DNA from: Octopus vulgaris
Lineage: Eukaryota
DNA: 64,000 bases
Direction: 5' to 3'
Assembly (NCBI GenBank): GCA_951406725.2
Contig: OX597836.1
Span: 42,470,001 to 42,534,000 of the forward strand
Positions 39,470 to 55,149 of this stretch are shown here, piece by piece. Made by a program: the position numbers and the translations under genes. The notes beneath the pieces are model-generated. The model did no database searches, was not told where the DNA came from, and worked only from the letters and a program-made list of their open reading frames with translations. Each line of letters opens with the position of its first letter. The stretch's first letter is position 1.

Positions 39470-41414
39470 ATAATAAAATCAATTCGATTTAAAATTAAAT
39501 GGAACTAAAATTAATTCTATTTAAAAATATAATCACTCATCAGGTCTAAGATAATAAATAATAAAAAATAATAATAGAATAAATGTACTTATCTTAACTT
39601 ATATTAATTATCAAATAAATATATAAAATAATACGTGTATTAACTATAAATAATCGAAAAGCATGTAATAATATTTCTTAAAATAAAAATGTAACTTATC
39701 TTGTCGAAGGATTTTCGTGAACTAAAAATTTAAACGTAAACCGTCGAACTTAGCGTCGATATAAAATATATCGCGTGAAAATATGGCGTAATAGAATTTA
39801 TAGAAGAAATAGATAGAAATATGTATTTAAGCTATTAAAATTACAAATGTATTTTAGCTGTAAGAACAAGGAAAAAAATTAATTTTAATATATCATTAAC
39901 TGGAAAATTTGTAAAGTCTAAATATTTTAAAAACTAAATACGTAAAATACATAATATAATAAACGTAAATTAAGCTAAAATTCTATAATTTAATCTATTT
40001 TCATTAATCAATTTATTTTATAAACATCTAATTTTCAATTTATTCTAATTATGTAATATAGACAATATAATCTCGTGCTAATTTATACACATTTTACTAC
40101 TACAAATTATAACTACAGCAATTAGTAACATAAAATAGGGTTTATATATATATACACAAATTAGCTAAACTTATTATGTAAGTAATTTAATTTATGACTA
40201 TAAATTCTATTTACACCATATTTTCACGCGATACATTTTATATAAACGCTAAGTTCGAGGTTTTACGTTTAAATTATGTAATGAATAAGGTAGAAATGAC
40301 TTATGATGAAGTTAATGTTGTTATAACGGCTATGTTGATTAGATACAATAATAAACTGGGCTACGAAGGATACTAGAGACTTTTTTGATATAGCTATGGG
40401 CGCACCCGATTCTGCACAGCCAACTGATTTAGTAGGTATTTATTTATTATCGGAATTTCAATTAGAAAAATTAAAGTTGGAGGGTGGTCTATATAGGGAT
40501 GACATTTTATTAATAACTAAGAATTGCACCAATACAACACTAGAATTATATAAGAAGAAACTATATAGTTTTTTTTAAAAGACATAGATTGAGTATTACT
40601 ATATATAATGAGAACTATAATGTTAATTATTTAGATGCTAATTTTAATTTAATAACAGGTAAAAACCAACCATTCCATAAAATTAAGGAAAACCTTAGAT
40701 ATATTAATGCTAATAGTAATCATCCACCCTCTATTAAGAAATCATTGACAGCTGATATAGGTAAAAGAATATCGTTGCTTTCTTCTAATTTTGAGATTTT
40801 CCAAAAACACGCACCTTATTATAATGAAGCCCCGCGGGAGAGGCGATGTAATAATAATATTAAATTCTTTAATAATTCTAAATATGATTATAATATAAAA
40901 GATTATAATATAAATGATTCTTATATTTTTTATAATAAGCCTAACATTAAGAATTACGATACGTTTTATTTAGGTAATTATGGTATTAATAATATGTATT
41001 ATGATAATACAAAACATAAATATAATAATAGACTAAAAAATAAAATAAAATTTAAATCATTTAATGATAATAATAAATTTAATAATATAAAAAATAAATA
41101 TAATAATATTAATAATAAGAACAAAATTTGGTTAAATATTCCCTATGGAGCTCAAGTTAAAACAAACATTATTAAAGAGATTTTAATTATAATTGAAGTA
41201 TTCGTTAGAGATAATAAAAAATATAATAACATTTTTTTCTAGTAATAATTTTGGATTTGGTTATTCTTCTACTAATAATGTTGGTAACATTATTTCTTCT
41301 TTTAAGTATTTGGTAGATAAAATTAAGGTACTTGGGTGTACCTTATACACACTTTTACATATACATATATACATATACGTATACATAGACATAAATATAC
41401 ATACACGTATACAT

Positions 41415-41494
<80 letters not shown>

Positions 41495-41700
41495 GTTTAT
41501 GTATATATATGTACATGTAAAAGTTTGTATATATGAATGTATTTATATTTATAACTTAACCTTATGAACTTTCTAAATTCTCTGACGAAGTACCTTAATT
41601 TTATCTACCAAATACTTCAATTCACTAGAGGGATGGAAGGAAAGCGGGGTACTGTGACCTCATGACTGAAACAGCTGTAAGAAACTATTCTACTTATTAT
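39470..41700 (+). mobile_element. Degenerate Penelope-like element in intron 9 of copy B
   Basis: MGAPDSAQ..DLVG, LYRDD, VNYLD, SNHPP and WLNIPY motifs of PLE RT; terminal hammerhead motif. Confidence 0.8.
41578..41683 (+). ncRNA. Hammerhead ribozyme motif (Penelope-associated)
   Basis: TTCT-CTGACGA-AGT...ACT-GAAA-CAGCTG (palindromic stem III)-TA-AGAA. Confidence 0.6.
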
Positions 41701-42275
41701 GTTCTATGTTATATATTTTAATAATTACTGGTATTTTTATATATATAAAGAATAATTTGTTATACATGTATGTATTTTGTTATAATTTTTTAAATACATA
41801 GGCGCAGGAGTGGCTGTGTGGTAAGTAGCTTGCTAACCAACCACATGGTTCCAAATTCAGTCCCACTGCGTGGCATCTTGGGCAAGTGTCTTCTACTATA
41901 GCCCCGGGTCGACCAATGCCTTGTGAGTGGATTTGGTAGACGGAAACTGAAAGAAACATGTCGTATATATGTATGTTTGTGTGTGTTTGTGTGTCTGTGT
42001 TTGTCCCCCTAGCATTGCTTGACAACCGATGCTGGTGTGTTTACGTCCCCGTCACTTAGCGGTTCGGCAAAAAGAGACCGATAGAATAAGTACTGGGCTT
42101 ACAAAGAATAAGTCCCAGGGTCGATTTGCTCGACTAAAGGCGGTGCTCCAGCATGGCCGCAGTCAAATGACTGAAACAAGTAAAAGAATAAAAGAAAAAA
42201 GAATAAAATAAATATAATATAATGACTAAAAGTTGCTGAACACCATCTCTTGGTCCCCTTCATTTTCTTATTACC

Positions 42276-42327
<52 letters not shown>

Positions 42328-43115
42328 CATGTAGGTTGTGCTTGTGCTTACGTAATGAGTATTGATCATATACTTACACAAATAATGACGACGTCACAAT
42401 TTTTGTGTAGAGGCGCAATGGCCCAGTGCTTAGGGTGGTGGACTCGCGGTCGTAGGGTTGTGGTCATAGGATCGCGGTTTCAATTCCCAGACTAGATGTT
42501 GTGAGTGTTTGTTTATTGCGCGAAAACACCTAAAGCACTACTAGGCTCCGGCAGTGGGTGGTGGCGAACCCTGGTGTACTCTTTCCTCACAACTTTCTCT
42601 CAATGTTTTCTCCTGTTTCTGTTGTACCTGTATTTCAAAGGGGCAACGTTGTCACACACTGTGTCACGCTGAATCTTCCCGAGAACTATGTTATGGGTAC
42701 ATGTGTCTGTGGAGTACTCAGCCACTTACACATTAATTTCACGAGCAAGCTGTTCCGTTGATTGGATCAGCTGGAACCCTCCTCGTCGTAACCGACGGAG
42801 TGCCACGAATATATTTAAATGTTCTTCAGTATTGATAACAAACAATAATATAAATAATAATATATATAATAATAATAATATATATATATATATATACATA
42901 TGCATAGATATATACCGAAATTTATAAATCTATAAATAAGGATAATATCGATATTTAAATAGCGATCTTATCAAGTGGCCAGCATTGTATTTACTGCGGT
43001 GTTTATTTTGACCATATCGCGCATGGAGCTGTTTGGCAGGCAACTTAAACTGGTCTTGTACATACGTGCACATATAGGTATGTATGAGCGTTCGTATATG
43101 TAAGTATAACGTATG

Positions 43116-43214
<99 letters not shown>

Positions 43215-43459
43215 AAAAAATGAAGTTCGAAAATGCTGCTATATTAGACAAATTTTTAATTTTTATATATACATTATTTATTTAACATGTTTCGGTTCTT
43301 GAAATGATGAACCTTATCAAAAAAAAATTATATATAAAAAAGATAGTTCATGCTATCAAATATAAAAAAATTCATATATAATATACATTAGAGTCAGACA
43401 TCAAAAGTTCATATATAGTGAGGTGAGTTCATGCTATATGTTTAAAGAGTATGATGTAG

Positions 43460-43747
43460 TAGTTCATAGTGGTGATATGCATTCAATATAAAAAATAGTT
43501 CATAGTGGTGATATGCATTCAATATAAAAAATAGTTCATAGTGGTGATATGCATTCAATATAAAAAATAGTTCATAGTGGTGATATGCATTCAATATAAA
43601 AAATAGTTCATAGTGGTGATATGCATTCAATATAAAAAATACTTCATAGTGGTGATATGCATTCAATATAAAAAATAGTTCATAGTGGTGATATGCATTC
43701 AATATAAAAAATAGTTCATAGTGGTGATATGCATTCAATATAAAAAA
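43460..43747. repeat. 36-bp minisatellite (TAGTTCATAGTGGTGATATGCATTCAATATAAAAAA), 8 copies
   Basis: Direct reading; nearly perfect units with no spacers. Confidence 0.95.
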
Positions 43748-43948
43748 TTGACGTTCTTGAAAAAGCGAGGAATTCATTTTATATTTTACCTTGAGCAACT
43801 GTGATGACTTTTGGTCGGTGTCCGCTCGGACAGTTCTGGCGGACCTTGTGAATTGTTTGGGTTTTATATCACCTGTTAGGTGGCCAGAATGCATATATTT
43901 TTTACAAATATATACCCACTCGTATACGAGCTAATCTTATTATAAATT

Positions 43949-43981
<33 letters not shown>

Positions 43982-44452
43982 CTATATATATATATATATC
44001 GATATATATAGGCGCAGGAGTGGCTGTGTGGTAAGTAGCTTGCTAACCAACCACATAGTTCCAGATTCAGTCCCACTGCGTGGCATCTTAGGCAAGTGTC
44101 TTTTGCTATAGTCCCGGGCCGACCAATGCCTTGTGAGTGGATTTGGTAGACGGAAACTGAAAGAAGCCTGTCGTATATATGTATATATATATAAGTGTGT
44201 ATGTATACGTTTGTGTGTCTGTGTTTGTCCCCCTAGCATTGTTTGACAACCGATGCTGGTGTGTTTACGTCCCCGTCACTTAGCGGTTCGGCAAAAGAGA
44301 CCGATAGAATAAGTACTGGGCTTACAAAGAATAAGTCCCGGGGTAGATTTGCTCGACTAAAGGCGGTGCTCCAGCATGGCCGCAGTCAAATGACTGAAAC
44401 ACGTAAAAGAGTGAAAGAGTAAAGAGTATATATGTATGTATTTATTTGCCGA

Positions 44453-44525
44453 TCTGGTATATTCAACTGAAGAAGGCAGAGCTTCTCATGCAAAGTCAGA
44501 AATCCAGGATCTTCAATTATCCAGA
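44453..44525 (+). ncRNA. Hammerhead ribozyme motif about 250 nt upstream of exon 10a
   Basis: TCTGGTATATTCAA-CTGAAGA-AGGC...GTCA-GAAA-TCCAGGA-TC-TTCAATTATCCAGA; stems I and II have mismatches. Confidence 0.55.
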
Positions 44526-44769
44526 AATATCTTTTTTTGCTAGATAATTTTGTCTCTCTGTCTTCTCTCCTAGCGCTGTGGCTTTTGAGCCACGGTTTGG
44601 ACTGCTATTTCAGCATGGTGCCATCTCTCAGATACCCTAATTTGTAGTTTTAAATAATTTTTACCTTTCTATGGCATTTATTCCCATGTTGGCCACTTGA
44701 TGAGATCGATATTATCCTCATATATATATATACATATGTGGCTTAATTTCACTTCATTTTTATTTCTAG

Positions 44770-45090
44770 AACCAGCTGATTCATATGAAGAATATTTTGA
44801 ACCATCTAAGACAACTATTGAAACAAAAAGTAAATGAGAAACAGAAGCAACGATATGCCGATGCTATTGCTAAGTACCACGCCTTGAAAATACTCCTGGT
44901 AGATAAACTCAACCAAAATGAAGAACGGGCTGGACTCCTCATGGACTCAATCCCTGTTCTTTGTAATCATTGCAAGACCTTCAGGCAGTATTTGAATTGT
45001 TCTCAAGAGAATTATATTCATAAACTTTGCGGACTGCGATCTAATTTATATGAAATCGACATTCAACAACGATTAAAGATTGTAGAATAA
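44770..45090 (+). CDS. Copy B terminal coding exon 10a (helical segment plus Cys/His motif)
   Basis: TTTCTAG|AAC CAG acceptor in phase 0 matching exon 9; open to TAA; AATAAA overlaps the stop (45086-45091). Confidence 0.8.
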   Translation, partial: NQLIHMKNILNHLRQLLKQKVNEKQKQRYADAIAKYHALKILLVDKLNQNEERAGLLMDSIPVLCNHCKTFRQYLNCSQENYIHKLCGLRSNLYEIDIQQRLKIVE

Positions 45091-45254
45091 AGAATTACAC
45101 TCTCAGAGTGGTTAGCATTAGGAATGTCATCCTGCTGTAGAAACTTTACCAGATCAGATTGGAGCCAGGTGCATCCTACAGGGTTGCCAGTCCTCAGTCA
45201 AACCGTCCAACCCATGCCAGCATGGGAAACGGACGTTAAATGATGATGATGAAG

Positions 45255-45301
<47 letters not shown>

Positions 45302-45327
45302 TAATTTCACTTTCTTTTTATTTCTAG

Positions 45328-45645
45328 AACCAGCTGTTTCATTTGGAGAATCTTTTGAACGAAATAAGACAACTACATAAACGAAGTGTAAATGAGAAAC
45401 AGAAGCTACGATATTCCAATGCTATTGGCAAGTACCAGTCCTTGAAAATACTCCTGGTAGATAAACTCAACCAAAAGGAAGAACGGGCTGGACTCATGGA
45501 CTCAATCCCTGTTCTTTGTCATCATTGCAAAAGTTTCATGCTTTATTTTAATTGCTCTCGAGAGAATTATATTCATAAACTTTGCGGACGGCGATCTAAT
45601 TTATATGAAATCGACATTCAACAACGATTAAAGATTGTAGAATAA
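45328..45645 (+). CDS. Copy B alternative terminal coding exon 10b (tandem duplicate of 10a)
   Basis: Same TTTCTAG|AAC CAG acceptor, intact frame to TAA, AATAAA at 45641-45646 and again near 45785. Confidence 0.75.
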   Translation, partial: NQLFHLENLLNEIRQLHKRSVNEKQKLRYSNAIGKYQSLKILLVDKLNQKEERAGLMDSIPVLCHHCKSFMLYFNCSRENYIHKLCGRRSNLYEIDIQQRLKIVE

Positions 45646-47313
45646 AGAATGGTTTATGATTTTACATTTTTGGTATGATTGACTACATTATAGCTGTGGG
45701 CAGTTTAATAGATGAACTCAAACATATCACAGTCTGATGAAGGATAAGCAAGCCGAGACTTCGAAGCTGTTCTTGTTAAAGAATAATAAATAAAACTATT
45801 AAAAAGGTTGCAAGACGCAACGACAATTTTAGGACAATAAAAATAAGAAAACCGTGGAAATTTTACCGGTGAGTGTGTTACTTAATAAGGCACAAAAAGA
45901 AAATGACTCTCCCCAGACACAATAGAATATGCTTCAACACACGAACTCATATAAAGACTCCTGCAAACCAAATCCCAAAACGAAAAATAATAAATAAATA
46001 CTCGAGAAAAAGTATTCAGTTTAATGTAAAATTATTGTCAGATAACCAGATATTGGATAGCTGGATGGTTATCTAAAACACATTTGCTTCCGAGTCAGAG
46101 ACGGAAGGCATAGAATAAATATTCGACTGTTCCTTGCGGCAGAAGGTGACAAAATGCCACATTTCGTTTGTGGTTGTTGTAAAAAGGAGAGAGCGGGAAC
46201 GAAATGAAGTCACGGAAAATAATTGTGTGGAATTTACTAAGAGTTACGTCCCTTGGTCTCTAAATTCTTACGTTTGGCTATAAGAATGAGAATCTGTTGG
46301 GTAGAAATATGTGTAGGGTGTTAAGGGTTTGGTACGTGTGTAGGGCTGATACATGTGTCGGAGTTCTTTGGTGGGGCTGGAATAGGGGTGCAGATGCCTG
46401 AACCTATAACCCCATGTTTGGGCATGTATGCACATGTGAGTCCATATGTATATAGTGTTTTTTGAAGGCACGTGACTTAGTGGCAAGGAGCATTGTTGGG
46501 GCGAGCGGCAAGGGCAGCAGCTGCTGCTGTCGTAGTTTGATGGCCATTGTACTTTGAATGGCCCTTTTTATGTTGGGTATCAAAATCCTGTTAGAGTTTA
46601 CTTAGTTGTTCATCACTTCAGGCTGAATAGAGCAAGTACCAGTTATGTACTGAGGGAAATATAATTCAGTTCATCCTTGCTACCCTCGAAAAATTCATAG
46701 GAGCCCCGTGATTAGTCTATGTCACATGACTGGATTTTGTCACTCCACTGTGGTCATGCTGTAGCACTTGTTTCGATATCAACCTCAGTTGTTAATTTGG
46801 TACACATTTTTGTCAAATGCTTGGGAGTTGAGTGTACCTCGAGTTACGTTCCTTTTTCAGGAGTTATCTCCTCCTAGAGATGAAGCACAAGATATTTGCA
46901 CCAATGTCTTTACGTGGCACTCCGTCGGTTACAACGGCGAGGGTTCCAGTTGATCCGATCAACGGAACAGCCTGCTCGTGAAATTAACGTGCAAGTGGCT
47001 GAGTAATTCACAGACACGTGTATCATTAACGTAGTTCTCGGGGGAGATTCAGCGTGACACAGAGTGTGACAAAGCTGGCCCTTTGAAGTACAAGTACAAC
47101 AGAAACAGGAAGAAAGAGTGAGAGAAAGTTGTGGTGAAAGAGTGAAGCAGGGTTCGCCACCATTCCTTGCTGGAGCCTAGAGGAACCATAGGTGTTTTCG
47201 CTCAATAAACACTCACAACGCCCGGTCTGAGAATCGAAACCGCGATCCTACGACCGCGAGTCCGCTGCCCTAAGCACTGTGCCCCCACACCAATATCACA
47301 GACACGCAAACAC

Positions 47314-47351
<38 letters not shown>

Positions 47352-47819
47352 TCTACACCTTACTCCAATTCATCCATACACAACAACAGCAGCAGCCACA
47401 ACATTTACGGTCCGTTTTCCATTTTGACAGGAGCCGGATGGCTTGATAGGAACTGGTAAAGGCCGGGGGCCACACCAGGTGCCACTGTCTGTTTTCTATT
47501 GGTTTCTATGGCTGGATGCTCTTCCTAATGCCGACCACATTACAGAGTGTACTTGGCGCTTTTTACGTGACACCAGCACCCACACCAACGCTTTTTACAT
47601 GGCACCTTCGTTTTAGGATCTCAATTCTGTTGTGGTAGGTGAGTCTTCTCAAGTACAGGAATGCACCACATGTCTTGGTCCTCTGTTACCTCCTTCATAA
47701 CGTTCAGCGTTTTGAGAACGGCCTCCATCTTCCACAACTACACATGCCAGACACATGCTCAGACAAATGCACATACATAAACGCATACAACTGCCCTGCA
47801 CATGCTCAGACAAATGCAC

Positions 47820-48577
47820 ATACATAAATACATACATACATACAAACACACATACATACATACATACATGCATGCATACATACATACATACATGCATACA
47901 TACATACATACATGCATGCATGCATACATACATACATACATACATACATACATACATACATGCATGTATACATACATACACACACATACATACATACATA
48001 CATACATACACACACAAACATACATACATACATGCATACATACATACACATACATACATACATACATGCATGCATGCATACATACATACATACATAAATA
48101 CATACATACATACATACATGCATGCATACATACATACATACATACATACATAAATACATACATACATACATGCATGCATACATACATATTTACATACATA
48201 CATGCATACATACAACATACATGCATACATACATACATACATACATACATACATACATACAAACACACATACATACATACATACATGCATGCATACATAC
48301 ATACATACATGCATACATACATACATACAAACACACATACATACATACATACATACATACATGCATACATACATACATACATACATACATACATACATAC
48401 ATACAAACACACATACATACATACATACATACATGCATACATACAAACATACATACATACATACATACATACATACATACATACATACATACATACATAC
48501 ATACACACATACATACATACATACATACATGCATGCATGCATGCATACATACATACATACATACATACATACATACA
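47820..48577. repeat. Long degenerate (TACA)n microsatellite
   Basis: Direct reading. Confidence 0.95.
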
Positions 48578-49419
48578 ATCAATCTGTATCAATATACACA
48601 GACATGCTCACACATATAGCCTACACTAGTATACTCTGACACAAGTAAACACATACAATCTTCTCCGATACACACACACACACGTCTACATATACAATTA
48701 TACAAATAAACACACAGACAGACAAGGCTGTGTCTCTAAGTGGTTGGCTGACCTGCTAGAAATAGTGAAGCTCCAGCTGAATGCATTTTATTGTCTTGAA
48801 AAAGGAAGGACACTTTATGGAATTTTGTTGTAGATGAATGTAAGAAGTTGAACAGGTCGTGGTCGGAATGTCTTCCATTAGAGATCTCAGTCAACGTAGC
48901 AGCAGGCTACGCAACAAAGACAACACATATGTATGCACACACGCATGTACACTCACACACACAGACACATGCACACACACACATCATTACCATCATCATC
49001 ATCATCATCATCTAGCACCCGATTTCTCTGCTGGTATGTGTTAGACGGTTCGAGTGGAACTGGTAGGCTGGAATGGTTATGCAGTATGTTCTTTGGTAAG
49101 CAGGATGTTCTCTTGAAAAAATATCTCTTAAAAAACTTCCAGTACCTCCAACGAATACATAAATTCGTGGAACAATTCCGACATTTGGGACGCTTGACTG
49201 GTCTGTAGAAGAAATCCACTGCATAGACATTAACACCCGCAAGGTTCTGACGTCAACCAGAAATCTCCACAGAAATAGTGATGTCGAAAGGTTTCCCTAC
49301 CTGGGAAGAGATGAAGCAGGTAGGCGTTTGAGATCCGTGCATACAGCATTTGAAATGTCACATAGTCTCTCTGATAGCACTAAATACTAGACAGATACAG
49401 GAAAGATATACGAAAAAAA

Positions 49420-50870
<1,451 letters not shown>

Positions 50871-51759
50871 AAAATAAAGAGAGCGAATGGAGAGAGATTT
50901 GGAGAAGAAAGGACAACGAATCAACAGCTAGTGGCTAACAAATTATACAAAACATTGCCTTTGTTGAGTCGATAGAGTAATTAGACTGTGACAGGGAGGG
51001 GGAAATAACCCACATTGATATTCATTCAGTGTGTAGTTTTCGTGAGGAAATGAAGGAGAAAAATTCAGTTAATCCACATTTATATCAACCGCTGTTGTTA
51101 AAAAATGAAGAAGATAAATAATCTAGGCACATTGGATTATATAGCCCTAGATACACAGTGTTTTAAAATAAGAGGTGATGGTCACAGCTAAGACGTGTTT
51201 TTGAACCTGTAGGTCTGATTGTTCAGGATTGAAGGGAGTTTAAAGGACATCAACGTCAGGAGCAGGTGATTATTATTTTAAATATCTTTTATTTGTTTCA
51301 GTCACTGGACCGCGACCATGTTGTACACACACACAAAACAACATGTTCCATCCACGCCTGCTCCTCTTTGGTAGGCAACATCCTCTCTCCTCCAGAGCTG
51401 GGTTTGTCAGTGGAGAGATCTTGGGTTTCCGGTTACAGTGGAGGATAGACGGAAACAGACAGTATGGGACAATCTGCATTCAGGTGCCACTCTCAACTCT
51501 TTCCTTGATCAATCTGATTAATTTTCAAGGTGTCGCTAAATTTCTGTTCGTGCAAAATTCTCGGGGGACTGGATTGATGCTCTGTCTGTGGCCAACATTG
51601 GAAGATTACTCAGTTTAGATGAAATCCGCATCTCCATTGCACTCAGAGTGGGAACTGACGTCTGTACAGGACTGAGACACCACTGCGGTAGCCCCCTCCC
51701 CGACCCTATATGTCTTCACTGTCTGTTTTGCAGGGAATCAAAGTGAATATACAGGTATT

Positions 51760-52150
51760 CCAGTGAGAGAGATAATAAATCAATTATTTAAATTTGGAAA
51801 ATACATATTTTCCTGCATGAATGCAGGAAATACTTTTCTCATTTCTAAGATTAAGTAGGGTATTCCTAGATGAATAATAAAAACAGCTTCAGTTATACAA
51901 AGAAAACATTTTTTATTATCTTTTAATTCCCATATAAATTTAATTAATCCAGTGGAATTAGCTTTCTGTCTATTCTTAAAAGTTTGTAAATGATTTGCAA
52001 CTCTAGTCTTAATCATATTTTCCATTGAGCCAATATAAAAATGTTTTTTCCCTTGAGCTATAACATTGCATTGGTATACTTATACTTTTTCTTTTACATG
52101 AATTCTTAATCTTACAATTATTTCTAACTCTACAATCACAATTTTCATAA
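51760..52150 (-). mobile_element. Degenerate Penelope GIY-YIG fragment
   Basis: FYIGSMENMIKTRVANHLQTFKNRQKANSTGLIKFIWELKD resembles the endonuclease at 16996-17628. Confidence 0.65.
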
Positions 52151-52858
52151 ATGTTATTATTAGTGGGTGTATTAGATGAGTAATTTATATTAGTAGTATT
52201 AGTATTAATTGTTTAGGTTCCATTATTGAGATTTATATATACACAATTATTATGGTTATTAGAATTTGGAAGATGTATTCTAAGTTCAGGGGAGTTATTA
52301 GGATTATTATTATTGACATTTTTATTGGTGTAGAATTTCTATTGGAGTAGAATTAAGATCAAACAATAAGTCATAAATGGATGATGGATTACTAGGCTCT
52401 GTTCCTGATCTTGACATATTGCAGCATTTGTTCTGAGAAAGCAGTGCACTCCCCAATACTGTCTCAAATCCAGTGGTCTCATAATAAACCACCAAAGTGG
52501 ATGGTGAAGATAATGAACTTAACTAAAACTAAGTGCCGAAATTTGGACGGGCATTGGAGTGGTGTGAAAGGGGGTGGTACTTTACGTTCATTATATGGGG
52601 ATGGGAGCGAGGAACTGGTTTCAGTTCTGAGTTCAGTGGAGAGAGGAATACTCCACATGGGGATATATTTCCGATCGAGTTTTTATAGCTGGCAAACCTC
52701 CTCGTTAAATTTATATCTTTTATTATTTTTATCTCATGCTTGCTTCAGTTGTTGCATTGTGGCCATGCTGTAGCACCGCTTTTAACAATTTAGTCAAACA
52801 AATCAACCCCAGTTTTTTTATTAACAAACCAACACCGATTTCCATGTGGTGTTGGTGG

Positions 52859-52923
<65 letters not shown>

Positions 52924-54220
52924 TATCCAACCTGCTTCTGTCAACGAAATTCACTTACAAACCATTCATCGACCTGGGATTCGAGTAGAGGACACTTGCA
53001 CAAGGTGCCACACAGTGGGATTGAACCTCAAACTACTTGTTTGCAAAGTGAGCTCTAAACCATAGTACCATGCCTGTATAAATGTTTTATTTTCATATTT
53101 TATTTACATCTTTTATATTTTCATGTTCATTTACATATTTTAAAACAATGTTATTTTATAGGATTTTGCTCCCAAATTTTAAAATTAACACAAACATTCT
53201 TTTAGTTGAAAAAAAATTACAGGAGAACTTTCTGCTAATTCTTCCAAATCTTTCTGTTAAAGCTGTATTGAAACCATTTGTTGGGAAGTTTTTTATCACA
53301 GAAACTGGCTGCACAACACAAGGTTTAACCGAAGCCACCGAAGCAATCATGTTTCCGAAGCTAAGGTGCTGGGAAAACGAAGCATCCTCATGGGTGACAC
53401 CTCAGTGAGGTGAGCTACCAACGTTGACATGAACTTTGTGGTTAGTGACCCAGTCCCTCCGAACATCTCAAATGCCACAGGTTGGAAGAAATGGTTCTCT
53501 GTCAGGTCCCGATACTTCAGGGTTTTCTTCCATTTGGTTATGGAAGCAATGACCCTCTGATTAACTGCAGTATCCAGGTTGTGGGCGGAAGAAAAAAGTC
53601 GCAGACTGTGACATTCCAAATGAGGTAACTACCTCTATCCTAGGAGGAGAGGGTAAGACCATCTGGTCCTTTCCACCACTTCTGGATAACCCCAACAGCT
53701 CCAGGATTGAGGATATATTAATCTGAACCAGGGCCTTCTTAATGATTAGTTTTAGCTCAGTGTGACGAGTGGAGCGACCAGCATTTTAGTGGTAAGACAG
53801 ACTGTGAAGACCTGTGGGATTTGGGGCGCCTACCACAGCAGCATCACAATCCTGTACAGACGCCAGCTCCCACTCTGAGTGCGATGGATATGTGGAATTC
53901 ATCTAGACTGAGTAGACCCCCTCAATGTGGCCACAGGCAGGGCATCAATCTATATGTTCATCTTTTGGGCAATGATACTTTACTCTCAAATAAGGCTGTC
54001 TCCTTCTCTCTGTCTCTGTCTGTCTCTCTCTCTTTCTTTCCTTCTTTCTCTCTCTTTCTGTCTCTCATTCTCTCTCTCCCCTTCTCTCGATTCGTACATG
54101 TGCGCAACTATAGTGATACCTCATATCGTTTTTTTAACCTGTGGGGAATTCCAATTACGTGTCCTTCTGTCTCCATTTTCAATGATAATACACACATACG
54201 CGCATGCATGCACACACACG

Positions 54221-54280
<60 letters not shown>

Positions 54281-55149
54281 GTATGCACTCGCACACATAT
54301 GTTCATACACTCACACATACATACATACTTATTTCTTTACTACCCACAAGGGGACAAACAAGGACAGACAAACGGATTAAGTCGATTATATCAACCCTAG
54401 TGCATAACTGGTACTTAACCTATCGACCCCGAAAGGATGAAAGGCAAAGTCGACCTCGGCGGAATTTGAACTCAGAACGTAACGGCAGACAAAATACGGC
54501 TACACATTTCGCCCAGTGTGCTAACGTTTCTGCCAGCTCACCGCCTTCATACATATATATATATACATACATACGTACAAGAAACAATTATGTCAGCAAC
54601 CTAAATTTGCCGAAAAAATATATATGTCACCTTACCAAACAAAGCCACTCAGACAAACTGCACAATTAATAATAGTCGTATTGACAACAGAGTAAACGCT
54701 TTTCTTTAAACAACACAATAAACTGTTTTTTGAAGGGAATGTGAACGACAAGAAACTTGATCATGGCAAACCAAATAATAAAAGATCCCCGCCATGAAAG
54801 TAGTGTTTCTCTGTGGAAGATGCACAGAAGTTATAAAGTCTATGGACACATGAGAGGGGAAACATGATTTTCTGAAATGCCTTGAAGGCTTTCTGGAACA
54901 GTGGTTCTCAGCCATGCTGTATATATGACTCCCGGGGAAGTTGGGAGAGGCTCTATAAGCCTTTGTGGGGAGTCCACGCAAGCAAAATAGTAAACTGGGG
55001 AATCACAGAAGTGTTTTAAGGATCAATGAAAAATATTCTGTTTCAAGTGTATTTCTTGTAAGAAACAGCTAAATTTCTTTCCCTGACGTTTTACATGATT
55101 CAAACTACACAAGTTAATGTGTGACAAACAAAATTTTTTACCCATAGAT

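Noticed and set aside
43442-43894. 150-aa ORF with a 12-aa repeat
   Set aside because: By-product of the 36-bp minisatellite; no splice or homology support
47649-48639. Long MYVC/HTYI ORFs
   Set aside because: (TACA)n microsatellite artefacts
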